A DNA stretch of 64,000 bases from a virus. The position numbers and the translations under genes were made by a program. Below, piece by piece: positions 56,133-64,000 of this stretch (its first letter is position 1; each line of letters opens with the position of its first letter). Location of the stretch: IMG/VR virus record IMGVR_UViG_3300042557_000330, positions 9,908-73,907 of that record; one strand, given 5' to 3'. The notes under the pieces are model-generated. The model searched no databases. It saw only the letters and a program-made list of their open reading frames with translations, and was not told the origin of the DNA.

Positions 56133-58718
56133 TTAACCTTTTTTGTTATTTCTGCCCTTAGCATTCTCTTTAGCCACTGCTAAATCGTTCTGCATATTTT
56201 CTCTAGCCACTTTAAGTTTTTCCATTTCTATTTGTTTCTTGTCACTAGATTCTTTTAACTTACCTTGTATCTCTTGCATCTTCAATTGATAATCTTGCGC
56301 AGCTTTAGATTGATCATTTGATAATCTACTAACTTCTAGTACATCAGGAACAGCATTAGAATTAACATCTTCACTTTCCACTTTTCCAAATCCTGTAGCT
56401 TGAATAATAGCAATTTTCTCTTTAGATAATCTATCAAGTTGATTTTGATAATCATCATGAGCTTGTTGTTCTTGTGCCAATTGAACAGCTTGTTGCATTT
56501 GAGCTTGAGCCACTTGACCTTGTTGTTCAAGTTTTTGTTGTTCAAGCTGTTGAGTTTGTTGTTGTTGAGCAATCTGTTGGTCTCTAAGATCTTTGAATGT
56601 TTTCTTCATTTCTCTCATAGACTTAGTGCTATACAATTCAATAACATCATATAATGATCCACCATTCTGCATCAAAGGTTGTGCCAATGCACGAAGCTCA
56701 TTGAACATTTGTTGATCCTCAGGTCTATTAGTTAAGAACACTTTTAAGTCACGGAATTTAAGATCTGAACCATTCACTTGTACAAATGCAGATTCTCCTT
56801 CTCCTGTAATATATGAAAGTGTAGATTGTGGTTTATCACTCTCTACATATAATGCGGCATCAATAATAGCTTGGTATAATTGACCCATTACATATTCATG
56901 TGCTACAAACAATGGTTCTGTTTGAGAATACGATTGTTGCATAGCAGTGTTAGTACCTGTAGCACTTTCAGAAGCAGATATATCACCCATACGTTGTTTA
57001 GACATACCTACAAGTTCCCAACACTCAGCTTTCATTTGTTGAGCTAATGTATATCTAGACTGTATCTCCTGTGTACGTGTAAGATCGAGAGATGTAAATT
57101 GATTGAATGAACTAGGAGCTTTTAAGTTCTCTGGAGAATCATCAACAAATACCACTCCTCTATTACGTGCTTCCATTTCCCATATATCAAGAGCATCTTG
57201 TGCATCTCCATCTTTAGGAATAGGAATATGTCTCAATGACATAAGTTGAACCTTACCAACTTCTTTTTCTAATAGTTTGTATAATTGGTTCATACAAACA
57301 TTGTATATCACTTGGAAAGGCTTCATTAAGTCTACTAGAGATTTAGCCTCTGTATTTTTCACCTCATATGTTGTTCCTATAATAGGACAATAGTTTAATA
57401 ACTTAAATGGTTTGATGTGGTAGATGTCTGGACCAATTTTAGTTCCTTGGTACCATTCATTAATCCATCCCCATTCTAGTGAAATTTGTGTAGGAATAGT
57501 TCCTGATTTATATGTTTCATCAACTAATGTTGATTGTTCATTACCCATCTCATCTACATAGATAAGTTTACCTATCTTTCTTTTAGAAATCCAATAGCTA
57601 CGCACAACAACATACTTATAACCAAATGAACTTACATTATTAGTAAGTCCTAAAAAGTCTTTAAGTCCATCATTATTCTCTTTCATCTCTGATTCAATGA
57701 TCATTCTTGTTTGTAATACAAGAGGATCAAATGTATCATACATTACAGAGTCTTGTCCAGGAATAGCATCTGGATTACCAAGATTTGACTCACGTACATT
57801 AATTAATCCATAGTCTTGTAACGATGAACGTAAGTGATCGATTTCCTCTTTTGTAAGATCTGGTATGCTTTCAATGATCTCCGAAAGCTCCATAACTTGT
57901 ACTGTACCAGCAGCATAGGCTCCCTGAGCTCTACCTGTGGGATCAGATATCCATTTTCTATCAGGAGTGGTAAGAAACCAAGTGTTCTTCGGGTTAGCCA
58001 CTTCGATGTTGAAACCAAGTTTCGAATTGTCTTCATATATATGGTAAAATTCTCTAGCAGAAATAAGCATGTCTCTGAAAGCATCTTCAGATTTTTCTTT
58101 TAAATTAAACTCAGCTTTTTGACATGTAAGAATGTGGTTTGCCCACTTCTCAGCAACAGATGTATAGCTATCCAATTGATCTTTAACTTGATCCATTGTC
58201 ATTTGATCTAATTCTTCTTCAGGAATCTCTACTCCTTCTATAGCAGCTCTCTCAAGTAATTTTTGTTTAGCTTGAGTGATAACATATTTTTGTAAGGTTT
58301 CTGTTTTAAATTGTAGTTCTTCTGCTTGACTATCATCATCAAAAGCTTTCACTCTAAATGTATCAGGTCGTTTAGAAATCTCTCCTACCAACTCATTAAC
58401 AGGAGTGGTAATAATAGAATACATTTTCACATAAGCAGGAAGTTCTAAATCTGCTGTAAGCACATCTGTGAAACTTCTAACCTCTGGTTCTTGATAGAAA
58501 TCCTCCATACGTAAGATTCCTTTCATAAGATCATAATTCTTAACGAACGTATCTCTATTCTTTACATACTCAGCATATGCTTTGTTGGAGAAATAGTCCA
58601 TTGTATTTTTAATCCAACTTTCATCCTGTTTTTCCTTCTCAGTTTTAAACTGATCTGGGAAGATGTTTAAGTATGCATACCTGATGGTAGCATCTTTTGT
58701 ATATCTAATTATTGCCAT
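56133..58718 (-). CDS. Portal protein (861 aa)
   Basis: Follows terL with a TAATG overlap; YSIITTPVNELVGE, SYWISKRKIG, SLVDLMKPFQVIYN motifs; Q-rich C-terminal barrel. Confidence 0.88.
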   Translation of the reverse strand: MAIIRYTKDATIRYAYLNIFPDQFKTEKEKQDESWIKNTMDYFSNKAYAEYVKNRDTFVKNYDLMKGILRMEDFYQEPEVRSFTDVLTADLELPAYVKMYSIITTPVNELVGEISKRPDTFRVKAFDDDSQAEELQFKTETLQKYVITQAKQKLLERAAIEGVEIPEEELDQMTMDQVKDQLDSYTSVAEKWANHILTCQKAEFNLKEKSEDAFRDMLISAREFYHIYEDNSKLGFNIEVANPKNTWFLTTPDRKWISDPTGRAQGAYAAGTVQVMELSEIIESIPDLTKEEIDHLRSSLQDYGLINVRESNLGNPDAIPGQDSVMYDTFDPLVLQTRMIIESEMKENNDGLKDFLGLTNNVSSFGYKYVVVRSYWISKRKIGKLIYVDEMGNEQSTLVDETYKSGTIPTQISLEWGWINEWYQGTKIGPDIYHIKPFKLLNYCPIIGTTYEVKNTEAKSLVDLMKPFQVIYNVCMNQLYKLLEKEVGKVQLMSLRHIPIPKDGDAQDALDIWEMEARNRGVVFVDDSPENLKAPSSFNQFTSLDLTRTQEIQSRYTLAQQMKAECWELVGMSKQRMGDISASESATGTNTAMQQSYSQTEPLFVAHEYVMGQLYQAIIDAALYVESDKPQSTLSYITGEGESAFVQVNGSDLKFRDLKVFLTNRPEDQQMFNELRALAQPLMQNGGSLYDVIELYSTKSMREMKKTFKDLRDQQIAQQQQTQQLEQQKLEQQGQVAQAQMQQAVQLAQEQQAHDDYQNQLDRLSKEKIAIIQATGFGKVESEDVNSNAVPDVLEVSRLSNDQSKAAQDYQLKMQEIQGKLKESSDKKQIEMEKLKVARENMQNDLAVAKENAKGRNNKKG

Positions 58719-60742
58719 TATCTAAACAATTTATTTTTCTTTGGTGTGTTAAACATTGTTCTGCTTTCTGTAAACAGAGTATTCTTTTTGTTCTTAGTGA
58801 ACATTGATTTCATTCTTCCATCTTCCTCTCCACCTATTTTACCCATAATAGGATCTAGTTTCATAGCTAGAGCTATTGCAAGCTCTGCAGCAATGATACG
58901 GTCAAAGTTACCTTGTTCATTATACTGGATCATCTCCTCTAATAGGACAGGATCAAATACCTTTGACATTCCTTTTATTTCTGATATGATGTTTCCATCA
59001 TCATCTTTCTCCACATGCACAGCTTCTTCTGTATACTTCTTAAGACATCCATGAAGGAAGTCTCGTATTTTCTCAGAAGATCTATGTATTCCATAATCAC
59101 GTCTTACAGTGGTGTTAGGAACTATTTCTTTTAACCAATCTGGTTGTCTCTCTAAGTAATGAGCATCTCCTTTAGCTATCATATAGTCAATGAACGAGAT
59201 TTCATCATTCTCACATAGGGCCCTAGCATTGTAATACTTAATAAGATAACGAGCTTGTTCTTCCCATGTTTCTTTCTTATCTGGTCTAGCACAATAACTA
59301 GCTACAAACATATCTTGATACTTCTCTCCAGAAATAGCGTGCATACGTTTGTATATATAAACAGATCCTAATGATGAACTGTATGCAGATTTTCCTTGTC
59401 TATAAGGGTCAATCCCTGCAACATATAATCCATATGGAGGAGCTTCAATTGGAAACTCATATATCACTACAGGAGCATCCTTTTGATCTGTATTCTTTAA
59501 TGGGAAGTTAGATATAGGAAGTTTATCTGTAAACTCATGCTTTACACCATTTCCATCATCATATAAGAATACAGGTGTTCCTGTTCTTTCTTGAGCTAAC
59601 AGTCTAGTCTTCTGACGCTTAGCTGCATCAATATCAAATATGTTTGTATCTTCATTCAAGAATATGTCATCCACTTCTTGTGGGTAGTACATCTTCTCTT
59701 TAAGATAGGCCATTCTATCGCCAGCTTTTTTAAGCTTCTCTAGATTGTTATTAGTAATCTCTGTAGCTTTCTCTTCATTAGATACCATCATCTTCACTTC
59801 ATGTAAAGAAGAACTTGCTGGTTTATCTAAGAATGCACCAAGAGAACTTTCTTCCTTGGCCTCCATTCTATATTTATGTGAAATGAACAATCCATGCACT
59901 CTCTTATCATCCTTTGCATTGTTGTATTCTAAGAAGTTGAAATTTTCAACATCGAACATTAAGCTCTTTGCATCCATGAACATCTTCATATCTCCACCTG
60001 TTCCTGTAAGAATAGGCGAACATCCCCAACCAAATGGTGTTGTAAAACCTGGTACAGCAGCTTGTAATCCTCTAAGAAATGAGCCTTTTCCTATCTCATC
60101 AATAATAAGCCTTCTAGGCTTCGTACCTGCAATAGCCTCTTCATTGTTACCACCATCTAAGTTACGAATAAGGATCTGAGAAAAGGGGATTCTCTCTCCT
60201 GCTTTTGTCTTGATCCCTAATGTAACTTGGTTTTTCCAATTGTCTTCTACTCTCTGCCATCTCCAGGCTTTAGGTAGGAAGTTAAGTCCTTTGTCAATCT
60301 TATCTGTAATAAGCTTTATATCGGGAGCATTCAGTCCTGCAATAATGTTCTGTGAGTTTTCATCAAACGTAGCTCCTTGACCAATGTATGATGCCTCAAT
60401 AACAGACTTAGCAAAACGACGTATTCCTAGTATAACTAGGCCTTTCTTCTCCTTATGAGCTCTATCTATTTCGTTTGTTACCAACCATTCATTATCTCTA
60501 AGAAGAGGGTTTGCATACTTCTGATTTATCCTACCATATTCATCTATGGTGTCTACCTCTGTATGCCATATGTTTAAATGCCAATATAGAAATGGATTTA
60601 TATATTGTCCATCCATCATACACCCATTCATACAAAGTTCCTTATGAAAATTGAAGAATGCCTTGTATTCTGATGAACTCTCATCTGGAATTCTTCCCTG
60701 ATTGATGAACCAATCCTTATATTCTATATTATGTAGTTGCAT
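58718..60742 (-). CDS. terL: Terminase large subunit (674 aa)
   Basis: Walker A-like GIRRFAKS, Walker B LIIDEIGK, GTGG motif, RNase H-like AGIDPY and NFDRIIA. Confidence 0.92.
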   Translation of the reverse strand: MQLHNIEYKDWFINQGRIPDESSSEYKAFFNFHKELCMNGCMMDGQYINPFLYWHLNIWHTEVDTIDEYGRINQKYANPLLRDNEWLVTNEIDRAHKEKKGLVILGIRRFAKSVIEASYIGQGATFDENSQNIIAGLNAPDIKLITDKIDKGLNFLPKAWRWQRVEDNWKNQVTLGIKTKAGERIPFSQILIRNLDGGNNEEAIAGTKPRRLIIDEIGKGSFLRGLQAAVPGFTTPFGWGCSPILTGTGGDMKMFMDAKSLMFDVENFNFLEYNNAKDDKRVHGLFISHKYRMEAKEESSLGAFLDKPASSSLHEVKMMVSNEEKATEITNNNLEKLKKAGDRMAYLKEKMYYPQEVDDIFLNEDTNIFDIDAAKRQKTRLLAQERTGTPVFLYDDGNGVKHEFTDKLPISNFPLKNTDQKDAPVVIYEFPIEAPPYGLYVAGIDPYRQGKSAYSSSLGSVYIYKRMHAISGEKYQDMFVASYCARPDKKETWEEQARYLIKYYNARALCENDEISFIDYMIAKGDAHYLERQPDWLKEIVPNTTVRRDYGIHRSSEKIRDFLHGCLKKYTEEAVHVEKDDDGNIISEIKGMSKVFDPVLLEEMIQYNEQGNFDRIIAAELAIALAMKLDPIMGKIGGEEDGRMKSMFTKNKKNTLFTESRTMFNTPKKNKLFR

Positions 60743-61074
60743 TATCCTCTACCTTTTAAGAAGTCTTCTGCCATAGAACCAAGTTCTTGGCCACCTCTAG
60801 TCTCTATCTTCTTAGCCTCTTCTTTCTCACGTAGTTTATCTACTTGTTCTAAAAGAGCTAGGTAGTTCTTCATTGTCTCTTGGACAAACTTACCTTGAGC
60901 TTCAATAGAGGCTATCACCATAGGTAACATTCCTCCTTTAGCTGTAGGCTTCCATTCTATTCTATCCTTTAATAGATGTAGTGGATTAGCATCAACGTAT
61001 TCCTTCCAAGAAGAAAGTTGTTGTTCTGCCCAATCAAGCTCTGTGTTAACGTATGTAGTTTTATTTAATGCCAT
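60742..61074 (-). CDS. Hypothetical protein, candidate terminase small subunit (110 aa)
   Basis: Translationally coupled upstream of terL; helical with a C-terminal RGG. Confidence 0.45.
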   Translation of the reverse strand: MALNKTTYVNTELDWAEQQLSSWKEYVDANPLHLLKDRIEWKPTAKGGMLPMVIASIEAQGKFVQETMKNYLALLEQVDKLREKEEAKKIETRGGQELGSMAEDFLKGRG

Positions 61075-61085
61075 TGTTTTATTTT

Positions 61086-61361
61086 TTAGTCATCCTCTTC
61101 ATCAAACATTCTCTCCAAATTCATGCCACCTTTTATAATCTCCTTAAGTTCCTCTTCATCTATATGTGGATAATCTATATTGAGCTCTATTTCATATTTC
61201 TCTAAAGCATATAGGAGTTCTTTATCGCTCACTCCCCACAAGTCATTATACTCATACAATGCTGTAGATAGATGTCTTCCTATATTATACGTAGGATGAC
61301 TCTTCTCTAAACGCTGAAGTGTTCTTATAATCTGGCGGTAATAGTTTGGTTGTTTTGCCAT
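61086..61361 (-). CDS. Hypothetical protein (91 aa)
   Basis: Closely packed minus-strand ORF with TAATG coupling. Confidence 0.65.
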   Translation of the reverse strand: MAKQPNYYRQIIRTLQRLEKSHPTYNIGRHLSTALYEYNDLWGVSDKELLYALEKYEIELNIDYPHIDEEELKEIIKGGMNLERMFDEEDD

Positions 61362-61636
61362 TATATTAAATCATTTATATCTTCATCAGAAAGACTTGAA
61401 GGAAGATCGTCTTCTTCTGACCATTCTAAGTCCAATTCATGTTCTAGATTTAATGTATTATCTTCATCAAAATCAGATAGATATTCAGGTTTCACTGTAA
61501 GTTTAATAGTATCTCTTGGCATTCCATCTTCATCAATGTTTCCTGATATATCAACATAATCAGCTCCACCATCGTAGAGATCTTGAAGGATATTAATAAG
61601 CATTTCCAAAGGAATTTTACGTAGAGGGTGTATCAT
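61361..61636 (-). CDS. Acidic hypothetical protein (91 aa)
   Basis: Closely packed ORF; very D/E-rich C-terminus. Confidence 0.65.
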   Translation of the reverse strand: MIHPLRKIPLEMLINILQDLYDGGADYVDISGNIDEDGMPRDTIKLTVKPEYLSDFDEDNTLNLEHELDLEWSEEDDLPSSLSDEDINDLI

Positions 61637-61901
61637 TGTCTTCTGTAATTGATTGTGGAAGCCATTTCTTTAATGGACATTCACAGGTTAAACATTTTGT
61701 CTTAGCAGACAATGTACATCCACAATTTGTGCAATGTGCATCGCGTCTGAATGACTTATAATCTTTCTTATTAGAAGAGTGTTCTTCGCAAGCTTCACAT
61801 ACAGCTAGTCTTTCTGCACTAACATGTTCTATGAAAGCTTTATTTCTCTCCTCAGGAAGAAGGTGATTCTTCCATCCCTCATATATCTGTCCCAGGCTCA
61901 T
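61617..61901 (-). CDS. Zn-finger protein (94 aa)
   Basis: RLAVCEAC...CTNCGC...CPLKKW Cys pattern. Confidence 0.7.
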   Translation of the reverse strand: MSLGQIYEGWKNHLLPEERNKAFIEHVSAERLAVCEACEEHSSNKKDYKSFRRDAHCTNCGCTLSAKTKCLTCECPLKKWLPQSITEDNDTPST

Positions 61902-62247
61902 GTATTTTTGGTTTTAAAATTTTAATATCTGTAAGCACTGTATTCATTCTAAGTTCTGTTGATCTTCTTTTCTTATCTGTCGTATTTGGATCTGCTAGAA
62001 TGTTCTCGTATGCTTGTCTTATTTGTAAAAGTTTATTATAATGTAATTGTGCCTTCTTTGCATTAAACAAAAACTTACCAAATCCAGAAATCTCCACACT
62101 ATCATTCTCATTCAAAGCATCATTGGCTGAATCAAACTGATGTGTTACAACAGCATCAATTATCTTCTCCGACTTCACCATGCTGATGGACATCCTCTTG
62201 ATTATCCACTCTTTCACTGACATTGATATTGGCTTCTCCATGTACAA
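61879..62247 (-). CDS. HU/IHF-like DNA-binding protein (true start may be MEKP at 62241)
   Basis: DALNENDSVEISGFGKF matches the HU V-x-x-x-GFG-x-F signature. Confidence 0.72.
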   Translation of the reverse strand: MYMEKPISMSVKEWIIKRMSISMVKSEKIIDAVVTHQFDSANDALNENDSVEISGFGKFLFNAKKAQLHYNKLLQIRQAYENILADPNTTDKKRRSTELRMNTVLTDIKILKPKIHEPGTDI

Positions 62248-62587
62248 GTTTTATTTCTAACGTTAAATCATTTCTGAAATCAACCACTATAATAGGATTG
62301 ACCTTCACCTTTCCATTCTCCTTAATAAATATACCCACCTTCTTAAGTTTGGATATGATGTTATTGATAGAAGGAGATGTACTATTATAAGTCTTACAAA
62401 ACTCTTCTCTCACATTAGCATATGTAATGTTTCCCTTAATAGCTGTAAAGGATATCAATTGAATTTCTCTTTCTGTAAGACCAAGATTGTTTATAGCAGA
62501 TAAAACACTGTAGTATTTCTGTGCTAATTCCATATCACTAGATATGTCTTTCTTCAGTCTTTGTACTATAATCTTAATTGGAGTCAT
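62156..62587 (-). CDS. Winged-HTH DNA-binding protein (143 aa), first gene of the late module
   Basis: LTEREIQLI...TSPSINNIISKLKKVGIFIK...KVNP wHTH pattern. Confidence 0.65.
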   Translation of the reverse strand: MTPIKIIVQRLKKDISSDMELAQKYYSVLSAINNLGLTEREIQLISFTAIKGNITYANVREEFCKTYNSTSPSINNIISKLKKVGIFIKENGKVKVNPIIVVDFRNDLTLEIKLVHGEANINVSERVDNQEDVHQHGEVGEDN

Positions 62588-62611
62588 AATTTAGTTTTGA
62601 CATTCTAAGGA

Positions 62612-62642
62612 CAAAGATATATAATAAAAACTTATAATCAAT
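62612..62642 (-). promoter_or_regulatory. Bacteroidota-type promoter ATTG-N19-TATCTTTG
   Basis: caaagata 62612-62619, 24 nt upstream of the ATG at 62587. Confidence 0.6.
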
Positions 62643-62721
62643 ACATTAAGAAGAAATATTTTATTCCTATGCTATATTATGGAATAGAATCTATCTATAT
62701 AGACATACCCACCCACCCAGC

Positions 62722-62754
62722 CAAAGGTATAACATATTTTCAATATGCTCCAAA
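62722..62754 (-). promoter_or_regulatory. Consensus Bacteroidota promoter TTTG-N21-TACCTTTG
   Basis: caaaggta 62722-62729 and caaa 62751-62754. Confidence 0.6.
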
Positions 62755-63096
62755 CTTTTTTCCAAAATTTTTTTTCAAAACTTGGAAACCTATTGTGTGT
62801 GTGCCTTTGTAGACCTATTCTAACCAAAACCCCCCATAACATTTTGAGAGTTGGAGTATCCCCCCAACAATTAGGTGTTGTGAGCCTAAAATCATTCACT
62901 ATTGAGTTACTCACCGTAAAGACGAGAGTAAACAGTATGTCATTAAGGAGTGCAAGCCTTAATTTTTTATTAATAAATAGTTGTTAGGCTGAAGTTTCGT
63001 GCGAACCTAACATTAAATGTCTGTGATAAGTTGGACTGCTATTTATTATTATTATTACCAAAACCTTTTGAACATACTAATTAAAACATAATCATT

Positions 63097-63306
63097 ATGG
63101 AACTAACTAACATTAGGTACATTAGAGATACACACGAAGTGATACTCTACTTTAACAATCATTACATTGCAGCACCTGCAACGTGGCAAACCTACAATCT
63201 CTATTGTGAGTTTCACAACATTGCAATAGACCAAGGAGAACTGATTACAATCAATCTTAATGATGTAATGCCTAACAAGAACATTGAGGAATTGATAGCG
63301 TTGTAA
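63097..63306 (+). CDS. Hypothetical protein (69 aa), divergent probable early gene
   Basis: ATG preceded by an A-rich leader; TAA stop. Confidence 0.55.
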   Translation: MELTNIRYIRDTHEVILYFNNHYIAAPATWQTYNLYCEFHNIAIDQGELITINLNDVMPNKNIEELIAL

Positions 63307-63422
63307 CAAACGCTATTGATTCTTTCTACCAAAACCTATTCACTTTGAGGATAATCCGTCCCAAAACCTTTTTCACATATCGAGTACATAAATCATTAAT
63401 ATTAATTAAAAACAGAAACAAA

Positions 63423-63824
63423 ATGAAAAACTATGTAATTAACAACGGTGCTTTTACAGGAAATGGAAATTTTAGTGGCTACACTGCGTTAGGTGTTCGC
63501 GTTCACTTACACAAACGCCAAATGAATGCGTTAGGTTGGGAACAAACAGCAGACGTTCAATTTCCATTCTTCTGCATTGCAGAAACTAAACTAATTGGTG
63601 CTTTGAATGCAGACGGTACACCTGTTGTGGACAAAGAGGGTGTTGAAATCAAGTCAGAGCGTTTAACAGCATTGAGTGCTTTCAAGACCAAGAACGAGAT
63701 TACGCAAGCACACGCTGATAGCAGATTACTTGACATTGAGATTCAACAAGCAATCCAAACACAAGCAACTTCAGCAGGCTTAAGCGAGAGTGCTATTGCA
63801 ACACTTGCAAACGCTTCGTTCTAA
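63423..63824 (+). CDS. Hypothetical protein (133 aa, MKNYVINNG...), probable early gene
   Basis: ATG at 63423 after aaaacagaaacaaa is a better start than TTG at 63345; followed by a terminator. Confidence 0.75.
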   Translation: MKNYVINNGAFTGNGNFSGYTALGVRVHLHKRQMNALGWEQTADVQFPFFCIAETKLIGALNADGTPVVDKEGVEIKSERLTALSAFKTKNEITQAHADSRLLDIEIQQAIQTQATSAGLSESAIATLANASF

Positions 63825-63830
63825 CAAGGC

Positions 63831-63866
63831 TAACAAGGCTTCCCTTAACAGGGAAGTCTTTGTTAT
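63831..63866 (+). terminator. Intrinsic terminator
   Basis: AAGGCTTCCC-ttaaca-GGGAAGTCTT followed by TGTTATT, directly after the stop codon. Confidence 0.7.
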
Positions 63867-64000
63867 TACGATTACAGCAACCACCAAAACAACTTCACCT
63901 ATATATAAGGGTGGGTTCAACAGAACTTTGGGTGGGCTATAATAGCACTACATTGCATTATTCATAAGTTTTTACGGAGACCATATGAGAATACTGCAAT

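Noticed and set aside
53109-60742. Introns or inteins in terL, portal or MCP
   Set aside because: ORFs are continuous and of ordinary size; no intein termini or homing-endonuclease motifs noticed
250-62587. Stop-codon reassignment as seen in some gut crAss-like phages (no called gene ends in TAG)
   Set aside because: Genes are full-length and densely packed under code 11; the TAA bias fits AT richness; no suppressor tRNA seen
62672-63309. ORFs 62672-62914(-), 62745-62987(+) and 63103-63309(-)
   Set aside because: Overlap promoter/regulatory sequence or are antisense to a better ORF; atypical composition

Overview
This AT-rich window is part of a Crassvirales (crAss-like, phi14:2/Flavobacterium-phage-type) podovirus genome. 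Host-type TTTG-N19-21-TAnnTTTG promoters and the absence of Shine-Dalgarno sites point to a Bacteroidota host. Nearly all of 1-62.6 kb is one minus-strand late/virion module. In transcription order it encodes small genes (HU/IHF-like, Zn-finger), terminase large subunit, portal, scaffold, major capsid, accessory/ring proteins and a cluster of Cys-rich, poly-Thr fibre-type proteins. It continues with a metallophosphoesterase, a second IHF-like protein, a tail stabilisation (muzzle) gene split in two, five ejected cargo proteins (one a 4580-aa virion RNA polymerase with the DFDID motif) and a 2286-aa Gly-Thr-Ser-repeat fibre. A divergent plus-strand, probably early, region starts near 63 kb. Main candidate novelties: (1) injected cargo proteins that carry swappable effector cassettes (NADAR, an ASCH-like domain bounded by a 27/29-nt direct repeat, zincins, a PD-(D/E)XK nuclease, an ART-like domain) and are punctuated by a recurring xxxGG motif; (2) a mucin-like poly-Thr decoration system on at least six virion proteins, plus a five-member family sharing an N-terminal docking module; (3) non-coding signals: a three-way-junction RNA after the capsid gene, a GCTATATTAT box upstream of late promoters, and CCAAAACC and GGGTGGG motifs in the divergent region. 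All domain calls come from reading motifs by eye; no database search was run.
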